Source of the DNA: an uncultured delta proteobacterium
Lineage (GTDB): Bacteria > Desulfobacterota > Binatia > Binatales > Binataceae
Reading direction: 5' to 3'
Assembly (NCBI GenBank): GCA_963810495.1
Contig: CAWENP010000004.1
Location: 12,860-76,859 of the forward strand
Length of the DNA: 64,000 nucleotides
How positions within the stretch are numbered: position 1 is the first letter of the stretch; each line of letters begins with the position of its first letter. This document shows positions 1 through 9,296 of this stretch, in pieces. The position numbers and the translations under genes are program-made. The notes below the pieces were generated by a model. It was not told the origin of the DNA. It saw nothing but the letters and a program-made list of their open reading frames with translations, and made no database searches.

Positions 1-62
1 CGACGCCGACGCAACGATGGGATTCCTCAAGGCGAGGCCCAGATACGTCGTCGTGAGGTCGA

Positions 63-3000
63 TCACTGCTTGCCCCTTTTTTCCGCCTTGCCCGAGGCCG
101 TCTCCGCTTGGGTGGCCACTTGCGAGGATGGGATTCCGGCGCCGGCCATAGCGGCCCGATTTGCGTATACACGCCACTGGCGCACGACATCGTCCTGCGC
201 CGCCTGGAGCAACTCGCGCGCAGCTTCGGGATTGCTGCGCGCGAGCATCGTGTAGCGCGCTTCCTGATAGGCGTACTGCTTGAGCGGGATGCTGGGCGCC
301 TTCGAGTCGAGCTGAAAAGGATTCTTGCCTTCCTTTCGCAGCGCTGGGTTGTATCGCATAAGCGGCCAATAGCCGGAGAGCACCGCGTTCTTCTGCTGGT
401 TCAGGCCGAAGGCCATGTCGTAGCCGTGCGCGATGCAATGGCTGTACGCGAGGATCAGCGAGGGACCGTCGTACGCTTCAGCCTCGAGCAAAGCCCGGAC
501 CGTGTGCGTATCGTTGCCGCCCATCGCCACGCGCGCGACGTAAACCGAGCCGTAGCTGATGGCCTCCATCGCGAGGTCCTTCTTGGCGGTCTGTTTGCCA
601 CCGGCGGCAAACTTCGCAACCGCGCCGCGCGGCGTGGATTTGGACATTTGCCCGCCCGTGTTCGAGTACACTTCAGTATCCAGCACCATCACCTTCACGT
701 TCATTCCGGAGCCGAGCACGTGATCGAGTCCGCCAAACCCGATGTCGTAGGCCCATCCGTCGCCGCCCACGAGCCAAACGCTCTTGCGCACCAGCGCATC
801 GGCAACCGCCATCAGGTCGCGCGCGTCGCTGGTTTCGAGACCTCCAATAGCCCGCTTGACCTCGGCGACCCGCTGGCGCTGCCCCGCAATGCCGGCCTCT
901 GTCGATTGATCGGCCTCCAGGATCTCCGAGACCAGGCGCCCGCCGAGCTCACTGGAAAGGCGCCGGATCAGTTCCCGCGCGTAGTCAAACCGCTTGTCGA
1001 GCGCAAGCCTCATCCCGAGCCCGAACTCGGCATTGTCTTCGAACAAGGAATTTGACCACGCCGGCCCGCGGCCTTCGGCGTTCGAGGTGTACGGGGTGGT
1101 CGGCAAGTTGCCACCGTATATAGAGGAGCATCCGGTCGCGTTCGCGATGAGCAGCCGATCGCCGAAGAGTTGGGTGAGCAGCTTGATGTAGGGGGTCTCG
1201 CCGCATCCCGCGCACGCCCCGGAAAATTCGAACAGCGGCTCGAGCAGTTGTGCATCTTTGACTTGCGCGTGCGTGAGGATGTCTCGATTGAACTCCGGCA
1301 GCGACAAGAAGAAGTCCCAGTTCCTCGCCTCCGCGTCGCGAATTGGAGGCTGAGGCGACATGTTGATCGCTTTGTGTTGCACCTCGCTCTTGCTTTTGGC
1401 CGGGCACACTTCGACGCACAGGCGGCACGCGGTGCAGTCCTCGGGCGCCACTTGCAGCGTGTAACGCATCGCCTCGAGACCGCGCCATCGGGGCGCCGCT
1501 GACTTGAAGGTCGCAGGCGCATCGTCGAGGTAACTGGGCTCGTATACCTTGGCGCGAATCACGGCATGGGGGCAGACCAGCACACACTTCCCGCACTGGA
1601 TGCACAAGTCCTCATCCCAGACCGGAATCTCCTGCGCGATGTTGAGCTTTTCCCATTTCGCCGTGCCGGTGGGAAAGGTGCCGTCGGGCGGCAGCGCACT
1701 GGTGGGAACCGAATCACCATAGCCGGCCATGAGAGCGCCGAGGACGTCGCGAACGAAGGCCGGCGCGTGCGAGGGCACGGGGGCGAGAATATCGATCGCG
1801 CTGCTGGCCGTCGCCGGTATGGTGACCTCGTGCAGATGCGCAAGTGTAGTATCCACCGCGGCGAAGTTCCGTTGCACGATCGCTTCGCCTCGCTTCCCGT
1901 ACGTTTCCTGGATCGCCGATTTGATCGCCGCGATCGCCGCATCCGGCGGCAACACGCCGCTCACGGCAAAAAAGCACGCCTGCATGATCGTGTTGATGCG
2001 GCCACCCATGCCGGCCTCGCGCGCCACCTTGTAGGCATCGATGACGAAGAGGCGAAGCTCCTTATCGAGAATCTGCTGTTGCACCTTGCGCGGCAGATGG
2101 TTCCATACCTCGTCGGGCGCGTATGGCGCATTGAGGAGGAACGTCGCTCCCTGATCCGCTGCCGCGAGCACATCCATCCGCTCGAGGAAGGCGAACTGAT
2201 GGCATCCGATGAAGCTCGCCTTGCTGATCAGGTATGTCGAACGGATCGGGTCCGGCCCGAAGCGCAGATGTGACACCGTGACCGAGCCCGCCTTCTTCGA
2301 ATCGTAGACGAAGTAGCCTTGCGCGTAACTGGGCGTGTTCTCGCCGATGATCACGACCGAGTTCTTGTTCGCACCCACGGTGCCGTCCGATCCAAATCCA
2401 TAGAAGAGCGCGCGCACAGTCAGTGGACTTTCAGTAGAAAACGCGGGGTCGAATGCGAGGCTGGAATGAGTCACGTCGTCGTGAATCCCCACCGTGAAGT
2501 GATTCTTGGGAGTCTCCTTCAGGAGTTCATCGAAGACCGCCTTCACCATCGCGGGTGTGAATTCCTTTGATGACAAGCCGTATCGTCCCCCGATGATTCG
2601 CGGCCACCTGCCATCGATGGTACCCGCCGCCCACGCCTCGCTGAGTGCCGTCACGACATCGAGATAGAGCGGCTCGCCGCTGCCGCCGGGCTCCTTGGTG
2701 CGGTCCAGCACTGCTATCGCGCGCGTCGTTCTTGGCAAAGTTGCCGCGAGAGCGGCGCTGTCGAACGGACGAAACAATCGCACTTTGAGCAGGCCGACCT
2801 TTTCACCCCTGGCGATGAGGCGCTCGATCGTCTCCTCGGCAGCGCCGGCGCTCGAGCCCATCAGGATGATGACCCGTTCCGCTCCGGGATCTCCGACATA
2901 ATCAAACAGTCGATATGCGCGGCCAGTCCGGCGCGCGAAGCGATCCATGAGGTCCTGAACAATTGTCGGACATGCGCGATAGAAGGGATTGATGGCCTCG

Positions 3001-3674
3001 CGCGCCTGAAAGAAGACATCCGGATTCTGCGCCGTCCCGCGCAGCATCGGTCGATCTGGACTGAGCGCGCGATCGCGATGCTGCCGGACGAACTTCGCAT
3101 CGATGAGCGCGCGCAGATCGTCGTCTGATAGGGGATGGATCTTGTTGAGCTCATGCGAAGTGCGGAAGCCGTCGAAAAAATGCAGAAACGGGATCCGCGA
3201 TTCGAGGGAAGCGGCATGCGCAATCAGGGCGAAGTCGTGTGCTTCCTGAACGGAATTGGAGGACAGCAAGGCGAAGCCAGTCGCGCGTGCCGCCATGACA
3301 TCGCTGTGGTCGCCGAATATCGAAAGAGCATGCGTCGCGATGGTCCGTGCCGCGACGTGGATGACGCACGCGGTAAGCTCACCCGCGATTTTGTACATGT
3401 TGGGGATCATGAGAAGAAGGCCTTGCGAGGCGGTGAAGGTCGTGCCAAGGGCTCCCGCCTGCAATGCCCCATGTAGCGCGCCGGCGGCTCCGCCTTCGCT
3501 CTGCATTTCGACCACCTTCGGCACCGTGCCAAAGATGTTCCTGCGGCCCTCATCGCTCCACTGATCGGCCCATTCGCCCATCGGCGACGACGGCGTGATG
3601 GGGTAGATCGCGATCACTTCACTCAGGCGATAGGCAACAGATGCCGCCGCTTCATTCCCGTCAAGGATTTCCAT
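63..3674 (-). CDS. por: Pyruvate:ferredoxin (flavodoxin) oxidoreductase, single-polypeptide PFOR
   Basis: 1203-aa ORF. Two 4Fe-4S ferredoxin motifs (CIQCGKCVLVCP and CTACRLCVEVCP). TPP-binding region GDGWAYDIGFGG...VLDTEVYSNTGGQ. The length and domain order are typical of NifJ/YdbK-type PFOR. Confidence 0.93.
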   Translation of the reverse strand: MEILDGNEAAASVAYRLSEVIAIYPITPSSPMGEWADQWSDEGRRNIFGTVPKVVEMQSEGGAAGALHGALQAGALGTTFTASQGLLLMIPNMYKIAGELTACVIHVAARTIATHALSIFGDHSDVMAARATGFALLSSNSVQEAHDFALIAHAASLESRIPFLHFFDGFRTSHELNKIHPLSDDDLRALIDAKFVRQHRDRALSPDRPMLRGTAQNPDVFFQAREAINPFYRACPTIVQDLMDRFARRTGRAYRLFDYVGDPGAERVIILMGSSAGAAEETIERLIARGEKVGLLKVRLFRPFDSAALAATLPRTTRAIAVLDRTKEPGGSGEPLYLDVVTALSEAWAAGTIDGRWPRIIGGRYGLSSKEFTPAMVKAVFDELLKETPKNHFTVGIHDDVTHSSLAFDPAFSTESPLTVRALFYGFGSDGTVGANKNSVVIIGENTPSYAQGYFVYDSKKAGSVTVSHLRFGPDPIRSTYLISKASFIGCHQFAFLERMDVLAAADQGATFLLNAPYAPDEVWNHLPRKVQQQILDKELRLFVIDAYKVAREAGMGGRINTIMQACFFAVSGVLPPDAAIAAIKSAIQETYGKRGEAIVQRNFAAVDTTLAHLHEVTIPATASSAIDILAPVPSHAPAFVRDVLGALMAGYGDSVPTSALPPDGTFPTGTAKWEKLNIAQEIPVWDEDLCIQCGKCVLVCPHAVIRAKVYEPSYLDDAPATFKSAAPRWRGLEAMRYTLQVAPEDCTACRLCVEVCPAKSKSEVQHKAINMSPQPPIRDAEARNWDFFLSLPEFNRDILTHAQVKDAQLLEPLFEFSGACAGCGETPYIKLLTQLFGDRLLIANATGCSSIYGGNLPTTPYTSNAEGRGPAWSNSLFEDNAEFGLGMRLALDKRFDYARELIRRLSSELGGRLVSEILEADQSTEAGIAGQRQRVAEVKRAIGGLETSDARDLMAVADALVRKSVWLVGGDGWAYDIGFGGLDHVLGSGMNVKVMVLDTEVYSNTGGQMSKSTPRGAVAKFAAGGKQTAKKDLAMEAISYGSVYVARVAMGGNDTHTVRALLEAEAYDGPSLILAYSHCIAHGYDMAFGLNQQKNAVLSGYWPLMRYNPALRKEGKNPFQLDSKAPSIPLKQYAYQEARYTMLARSNPEAARELLQAAQDDVVRQWRVYANRAAMAGAGIPSSQVATQAETASGKAEKRGKQ

Positions 3675-4321
3675 ATTTGGCTCGTACTAGGAGGCGTTCG
3701 GCTTTCCCGAGATTTATGTCGGAGTTCTGCCCGCTGCGTTTGAGGAACTCCGCAAGGAGTATCCCCGGTTTCGCTCACGTCTTTCCGGCTTCGCAATGTC
3801 GTCGGTCCTTAACTTGAGCAAGAAGGAAGCCATCGGGACTGTCCGTTCGGCTCCGCCGAACCGGACGGACTTCATTCCCACGGTTCTCCCCCAATTCAAC
3901 CAGGCGGGTACCCGGGCGTCGGTTTTGGCCAAAGAGACGCTGGCTTCTCGGCTGGTGTGTGAATTGTCGTGTGTATCCGTAGGAATCACTTTTACCTGGT
4001 GTAACTGTGTCGCTAGGAAGCAACCGAAAATAGTAACGGCAGTAACTGCTGCTCGTCCGAAGACAAGAGAAGGGAAACCATTCGGTTCGAGCGCGAATTA
4101 TTGGCTGTCTCTAATCGAATCTTTCGCCCAGTCTTTCTCCGGCACGATTTTCGCGGTATGGCGAAGCGGACGAGGGATAACGGTTCAGCGTGGGGAGCGA
4201 CCAGTTGTTGTGGGTTAAGGGTCAGCGCAGGCCCTCCCGGCTGGCCTCGACGAGCCGGGTTGTCCCCGGAGATCCGGCAACGCCCAAGTCGGGACCGGGA
4301 TTGAGGTCAAATCGAGCGTTG

Positions 4322-4358
4322 TCGCAGCACTGCTTCTAATGCTGCGCTTGATTTCTTT
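4322..4358 (+). terminator. Hairpin (GCAGCA..TGCTGC) followed by a T-rich tract inside the 750-bp divergent PFOR/cox intergenic region; possible terminator of an unannotated small transcript
   Basis: Stem-loop plus TTGATTTCTTTTC read directly. No coding support for the ORFs in 3700-4420. Confidence 0.2.
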
Positions 4359-4425
4359 TCATGTTTGTGCGCATGGAGTGAGCGTAACAGCGTTACCCGG
4401 ATCTTTCGCGTGAAGCTGGACGGGG

Positions 4426-5166
4426 GTGAGCTCAATGATCCATGGGTGGCTCCCAGAGGACGTTTCGACATTCGGTCCGAATATCGACTCTATCCTCAAG
4501 CTGATCATTTACATTGTGAGCATCGCGTTCATTCTGGCCGAAGGCACGCTTTTGGCCTTCGTGATTTTGTATCGTCGCCGGAAGGGCAGGCGCGCAGCCT
4601 TTGTGCGCGGAGAGTCGCTACGCGAGCTCGCATGGGTGCTGATCCCGGTCGTCATCGTGATTTTTCTCGATGTGGCTATCGACGTTAGCGCGAAGCCGGT
4701 CTGGGATCTGGTCAAGGAGCAAAGTCCTCCTCCAGGGCTGACCGTAAAGTTGGATGCGTTCCAGTTCGGATGGGAGTTCACGTATCCGGGCCCCGACGGC
4801 CAGTTCGGCACGCACGACCTGGTCCAAACAACGACTTTAACTGTTCCCACGGGCCAGGTGATTCGCTTGCTCATGACGTCGAAGGACGCGATCCACAGTT
4901 TCTACGTGCCGCAGTTACGGCTTAAACAGGACGTCCTTCCCGGCCGGGAGATCCGTGCATGGTTCGAGGTAACGCGTCCCGGTAAATACGAAATCGCCTG
5001 CTCCCAGCTTTGCGGGGTATCGCACTTCGCCATGAAGGGTATCCTGCGCGTTCTGACGCCCGCGGAGTATCAGCAGTGGGTTAGCCAGCATTGGCCCAAG
5101 TCCGGCGCGGGGGCGGGTAAAGGCACATCAAGTGCGCGATCGTCCGCGAGCGGAAGGGAGGGATAG
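4426..5166 (+). CDS. coxB: Cytochrome c oxidase subunit II (CuA cupredoxin domain, no fused cytochrome c domain)
   Basis: Two N-terminal TM helices, then the CuA motif H-x34-C-x-E-x-C-G-x2-H-x2-M (HSFYVPQ...CSQLCGVSHFAM). GTG start at 4426, or ATG at 4435 preceded by a GGGGG Shine-Dalgarno sequence. No CxxCH motif. Confidence 0.88.
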   Translation: MSSMIHGWLPEDVSTFGPNIDSILKLIIYIVSIAFILAEGTLLAFVILYRRRKGRRAAFVRGESLRELAWVLIPVVIVIFLDVAIDVSAKPVWDLVKEQSPPPGLTVKLDAFQFGWEFTYPGPDGQFGTHDLVQTTTLTVPTGQVIRLLMTSKDAIHSFYVPQLRLKQDVLPGREIRAWFEVTRPGKYEIACSQLCGVSHFAMKGILRVLTPAEYQQWVSQHWPKSGAGAGKGTSSARSSASGREG

Positions 5167-5170
5167 GGCA

Positions 5171-6889
5171 ATGGCCGAGACCATACCCGAGGCGGCGCCA
5201 TCGGCCGAGGCCCATGAGAATATGGGCTTTTGGCGAGAATATTTATTTTCTGTCGACCACAAGGTCATCGCCAAGCAGTACCTGTTTCTGGGCCTCTTCA
5301 TGGGGTTTGTGGGAGTCGGCTTGTCCTACGTTTTCCGTTGGCAACTCGCCTGGCCCGGCACCGCCGTCCCCGGCTGGGGGAAGGTAAGCGCGACACAATA
5401 TTACGAACTCGTCACGATGCACGGAACGGTAATGGTCTTCTTCGTGGCGATGCCGGTCCTGCTTGGCGCTTTCGGCAATTTCCTCATCCCGCTGATGATC
5501 GGGGCGCGCGACATGGCCTTTCCGCGGCTCAACATGGTCTCGTTCTGGACGATTTTCGTGGGCTCGGTCCTCCTGCTTATTTCGTTTTTTGTGCCGGGTG
5601 GCGCGTCGCGCGCGGGCTGGACTCAGTATGTTCCACTCTCCGACGCGTCAAAGTATCTCCCGGGAAATTACTGGGGCGGAAACCTCTGGTTGATCGCCGT
5701 AGCGATCGATTTCGCTTCGGTCCTGATGGGCGGCATCAACTTTCTCACCACGGCAATCGCGATGCGCGCGCCGGGGATGACCATCTGGCGAATGCCGCTG
5801 CTGGTCTGGCAGGAACTGGTGGCGAGCGTCTTGTTCATGCTGAGCGTTGGACCGCTCATCGCCGGTGTGGTGATGCTGCTGTTTGACCGGATGGTGGGGA
5901 CGGGTTTCTTCCTGCCGGAAAAGGGCGCCGATCCACTGCTTTGGCAACACCTCTTCTGGTTCTTTGGCCATCCGGAGGTCTACGTAGTGGCCGTGCCGGG
6001 ACTCGGGATCGTGATGGAGATCCTCCCGGTATTCAGCCGCAAACCGATCTTTGGCTATCGCATGATCGTATGGTCCACGCTTGCGGCTGGTATCCTCAGC
6101 TTCATGGTGTGGGCGCACCATATGTTCGTGAGCGGGCTGGATCCGACGCTGGCGGCGCCTTTCAGCGCGACTACGATCGCAATTTCCGTCCCGTTCGCGG
6201 TGATGCTGTTTGCGATGATTGCGACGCTGTGGCGCGCTCAGATTACGTTCTCAACGCCGATGCTGTTCGCGCTGGGCGCGCTGGCGAATTTCTTACTCGG
6301 CGGCGTAACCGGCATTCCTTTGGGCACGGACGCGGCGGACATCTACCTGCACGACAGCTATTTTGTAATCGCCCATTTCCACAACACTCTCGTGCCGACC
6401 GCGGTCATCGCGGGATTTGGCGGGATCTACTACTGGTTCCCGAAGATGTTCGGCCGGATGATGAACGACTTCTGGGGAAAAATTCATTTCATCTTCACCT
6501 GGGTCGGCTTCAACCTGGTTTTTGTTCCGCTCTTCCTTATCGGGCTGGGCGGCGGGCAGCGCCGAATGTACATGTTGAAGGCATATACCTACTACAAGCC
6601 GCTCCAGCCGCTGCATGTGATTGCAACCATCGGCCTACTTATCATAATAGCCGGGCAGATTCCTTTCCTGGTGAATTTTTTCGTGAGCATGTTCCGCGGC
6701 AAACGTGCTGAGGCGAATCCGTGGCATGCCAACACGCTTGAATGGGCTACCGACTCTCCGCCACCGCATGAGAACTTCCACACCATACCGACGGTCGTGC
6801 GCGGGCCGTACGACTATAGCGTGCCCGGGATGGAGCAGGATTGGGCTCCGCAGAATGCAGAACTGCTGGCCGCCGCCGCACGGAATTGA
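5171..6889 (+). CDS. coxA: Cytochrome c oxidase subunit I (heme-copper oxidase catalytic subunit)
   Basis: The 585-aa ORF contains WFFGHPEVY and multiple TM helices with the conserved His ligands. The ATG at 5171 is preceded by GGGAGGGA and lies 4 nt after the coxB stop. The track ORF begins earlier at 5132. Confidence 0.93.
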   Translation: MAETIPEAAPSAEAHENMGFWREYLFSVDHKVIAKQYLFLGLFMGFVGVGLSYVFRWQLAWPGTAVPGWGKVSATQYYELVTMHGTVMVFFVAMPVLLGAFGNFLIPLMIGARDMAFPRLNMVSFWTIFVGSVLLLISFFVPGGASRAGWTQYVPLSDASKYLPGNYWGGNLWLIAVAIDFASVLMGGINFLTTAIAMRAPGMTIWRMPLLVWQELVASVLFMLSVGPLIAGVVMLLFDRMVGTGFFLPEKGADPLLWQHLFWFFGHPEVYVVAVPGLGIVMEILPVFSRKPIFGYRMIVWSTLAAGILSFMVWAHHMFVSGLDPTLAAPFSATTIAISVPFAVMLFAMIATLWRAQITFSTPMLFALGALANFLLGGVTGIPLGTDAADIYLHDSYFVIAHFHNTLVPTAVIAGFGGIYYWFPKMFGRMMNDFWGKIHFIFTWVGFNLVFVPLFLIGLGGGQRRMYMLKAYTYYKPLQPLHVIATIGLLIIIAGQIPFLVNFFVSMFRGKRAEANPWHANTLEWATDSPPPHENFHTIPTVVRGPYDYSVPGMEQDWAPQNAELLAAAARN

Positions 6890-6951
6890 AGCGGGATGCG
6901 ATGCTTTTGCGGTACGACCGGGGTGACAACTGCTAGGTAAACATAACGATC

Positions 6952-7560
6952 ATGGCAAACTCAGCCGTCGAAATCGTCCATCCTCTGCACGTAGTCGAAA
7001 GCACCTTCGAGATCGGCAAGCTTGGAATGTGGCTGTTCCTTGCCGGGGAAACGATGGTCTTCGGCGGGCTTATGGGTTGCTATACCTTGTTGATGATCGC
7101 CCGGGGAGGCTGGGGAGCGGCCGGTGCGCATGTCGCTTGGCGCCTCGGAGGCATCAACACTCTGGTTCTGTTCACCAGCAGTCTGACTGCTGCGCTCGCG
7201 CAAGGCGCTGCGCGAGATCGGGATTCAGCCGGTGTGAAGCGCTATCTCGGCGCCACCGTGGGCCTCGGCGTGCTCTTTCTGGTAATCAAGGCCTTCGAAT
7301 ATTCGGGCGATTTCGCCGAGGGTTTCACTCCCCGCGCCGGTCTTTTTTGGAGCTTCTACTACCTGATGACGGGGCTTCACGTGCTTCATCTGTTGGCCGG
7401 AGTCCTGGTCATCTTCGGCTTTCTTTTGATGATTAAACCCCGCACTCCTGAGGCCTGGCTCGAACGCAAGCTCAAATATGTGTGCCTTTATTGGTATTTT
7501 GTCGAGACAGTCTGGGTTTTCCTGTTTGCGCTGGTCTATTTGACCCCCGGTCTTGGATAG
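6952..7560 (+). CDS. coxC: Cytochrome c oxidase subunit III
   Basis: 202-aa polytopic protein with COX3-like N-terminal (WLFLAGETMVFGGL) and C-terminal (YWYFVETVWVFLF) signatures. It sits immediately downstream of coxA. Confidence 0.8.
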   Translation: MANSAVEIVHPLHVVESTFEIGKLGMWLFLAGETMVFGGLMGCYTLLMIARGGWGAAGAHVAWRLGGINTLVLFTSSLTAALAQGAARDRDSAGVKRYLGATVGLGVLFLVIKAFEYSGDFAEGFTPRAGLFWSFYYLMTGLHVLHLLAGVLVIFGFLLMIKPRTPEAWLERKLKYVCLYWYFVETVWVFLFALVYLTPGLG

Positions 7561-7852
7561 GATGAGCACTTCGATGGAACAAACGAATTTGGCTGCCGCG
7601 GACCCAGTGAAGACTTGGGGATTGCTTGTCGCCCTGTTGCTGATTGGCACCTTGGCACTGGCGCTGGGTCTGCCTCGAGGCCTGGCGCTGTGGGTCATCT
7701 TTGCCGCCGCGATCGCAGAAGCCTATGTTATCGGCCGCTACTATATGCGCCTCCGATCTGAAGACGTGCTGATATACATCCTGGCCCTGCTTCCCGTGAC
7801 GCTGGTTATCGTTCTCGCATTCGTGCTTATTCCGGACATCGTGAGGCATTAA
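7553..7852 (+). CDS. Small three-TM membrane protein, candidate oxidase subunit IV (CtaF/CoxD-like)
   Basis: 99 aa with 3 predicted TM helices. It overlaps the coxC stop and lies between two subunit-III genes. Confidence 0.4.
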   Translation: MDRMSTSMEQTNLAAADPVKTWGLLVALLLIGTLALALGLPRGLALWVIFAAAIAEAYVIGRYYMRLRSEDVLIYILALLPVTLVIVLAFVLIPDIVRH

Positions 7853-7867
7853 GCAGGAGGCTGACAC

Positions 7868-8506
7868 TTGGCTGCGGCAATTCCGCTTCGTCGAGCCTCT
7901 CATCCCAAACGCCGAGCAGCGTTTGCCGATGGCGGAGGTTCGGGTCCCGTTCGACCGGGAAGGAGAGCCGATCCGACGCTGGGCGTGCTGATCTTCATAG
8001 GCTCCGAAGTGATGTTGTTCGCAGGATTGATCAGCGCGTTTCTGGTCTCACGCGCGTCGGCGGCGTTTTGGCCGCCCTTAAACCAGCCCCGGCTTCCGGT
8101 CGCGATGACAGGACTCAACACCGGCTTTCTCGTCCTCAGCGGGTTTACGATGTGGAGAGTGGTGCGGCTGCTGCGTCAGCACGACAGGAAGCGGGCCGTG
8201 CGCTGGATGACGCTCACAAGTGCGCTCGGCGCCATCTTCCTTGCCGTTCAGGGCAGCGAGTGGGCACGACTCATTCACTTCGGGCTGACGATGACCTCGA
8301 GTGTGTATGGAGGAATGTTCTATTTGATCGTGGGCGCCCATGCGCTTCATCTCATTGCGGCGCTGGCTGTGCTGTCGTTCGTGACGGCGCGGGTCTGGCG
8401 CGGGCGCTACGAGTCAGATCTCCGTGGCATTGTGGCGTGTTCGGTCTACTGGACGTTCGTGGTGATTCTCTGGCCTATCCTTTATGCGCTGGTTTACTTC
8501 GGTTAG
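7868..8506 (+). CDS. Second cytochrome c oxidase subunit III family protein (paralogue)
   Basis: GSEVMLFAGLISAF, HALHLIAALAV and YWTFVVILW motifs fit the COX3 family. The true start is probably internal to the listed ORF. Confidence 0.65.
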   Translation: MAAAIPLRRASHPKRRAAFADGGGSGPVRPGRRADPTLGVLIFIGSEVMLFAGLISAFLVSRASAAFWPPLNQPRLPVAMTGLNTGFLVLSGFTMWRVVRLLRQHDRKRAVRWMTLTSALGAIFLAVQGSEWARLIHFGLTMTSSVYGGMFYLIVGAHALHLIAALAVLSFVTARVWRGRYESDLRGIVACSVYWTFVVILWPILYALVYFG

Positions 8507-8822
8507 CGTCGGCGTCTCCGCGACTGCCGCCAGCCTGTTCTGGGCGCCCATGGCCTACGCCTGCCCGCTGTGTTTTGCGTCGGCGGGGCCCGGCGTTGTG
8601 CACGCTTATCTGGTGAGCGCCTTTTTCATGATAGGCCTCGCCTGGGCGGTGATCGGCGGGATATGGCTATACGCCGCCCGTACGTACTCGGAAGCCGCCG
8701 AAGCAAGACATGCAGCCGCTCGCGTTGAAGTTCCTTGGATTCGAAACGCCGCTGTAGATTTCGACTGCGAGACGGCAACCAGACAACTAAAGCCCAGTGT
8801 GACTCGGAGGAGGACGACATGA
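8484..8822 (+). CDS. Small membrane protein with a CPLC (CxxC) motif directly before a TM helix; hypothetical
   Basis: The ORF lies inside the cox operon. A signal-like segment ends AYA, is followed by CPLCF, then a hydrophobic helix. No recognisable family. Confidence 0.25.
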   Translation: MRWFTSVSVGVSATAASLFWAPMAYACPLCFASAGPGVVHAYLVSAFFMIGLAWAVIGGIWLYAARTYSEAAEARHAAARVEVPWIRNAAVDFDCETATRQLKPSVTRRRTT

Positions 8823-9208
8823 CGAAGCTGCACTTACTTGGCGCGGGTTTGCTCGTGGCTGGCGCCTTTATGGTGGCCGCCGTGAGACCGGCGTCTGCGG
8901 AGACCGTAACGGTCCAGATGTTCGACACGCCGGCGAAATTTGTTCCGGACCCCGTAAAGGTTAAGGTCGGCGATACAATAAAGTGGGTGAACAAGGGCGA
9001 GACGGTCCACACGGCGACTACGGACCCGTCCTCGGCGCCCGACCCAAGCTGGGCATCGGTGCCAAAGGGGGCGGAGACATGGGACTCCGGTTACCTGAAC
9101 GCGGGGGATGACTGGAGCTACACGTTTAAGGTTCCCGGGGTTTACCAGTACTTCTGCACGACGCACGTAAAGGAAGGGATGAAAGGCGAAATCGACGTCG
9201 GGCCATAG
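8819..9208 (+). CDS. Plastocyanin/pseudoazurin-family blue copper protein (type-1 cupredoxin), secreted
   Basis: Signal peptide MTKLHLLGAGLLVAGAFMVAAV. Copper ligands H (VHTATT) and C-x2-H-x4-M (CTTHVKEGM). AGGAGG Shine-Dalgarno before the ATG at 8819; the track ORF starts earlier at 8735. Confidence 0.8.
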   Translation: MTKLHLLGAGLLVAGAFMVAAVRPASAETVTVQMFDTPAKFVPDPVKVKVGDTIKWVNKGETVHTATTDPSSAPDPSWASVPKGAETWDSGYLNAGDDWSYTFKVPGVYQYFCTTHVKEGMKGEIDVGP

Positions 9209-9296
9209 CCCGCATTCACCGGTTGTTTCGCTTTAAAGCGCGAGTTCCGGCTACGCGCGGTCTCGGCAGCCTGCAAGGTTTCAGGGGGAGAGGCGA

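Noticed and set aside
108-2273. Plus-strand ORFs (108-1055, 1566-2273 and others) inside the PFOR region
   Set aside because: Antisense to a very well supported PFOR gene; low-complexity Arg-rich translations.
3796-4218. 140-aa ORF in the PFOR/cox intergenic region
   Set aside because: No Shine-Dalgarno sequence, odd composition and no recognisable domain. The region is better explained as a structured non-coding leader.
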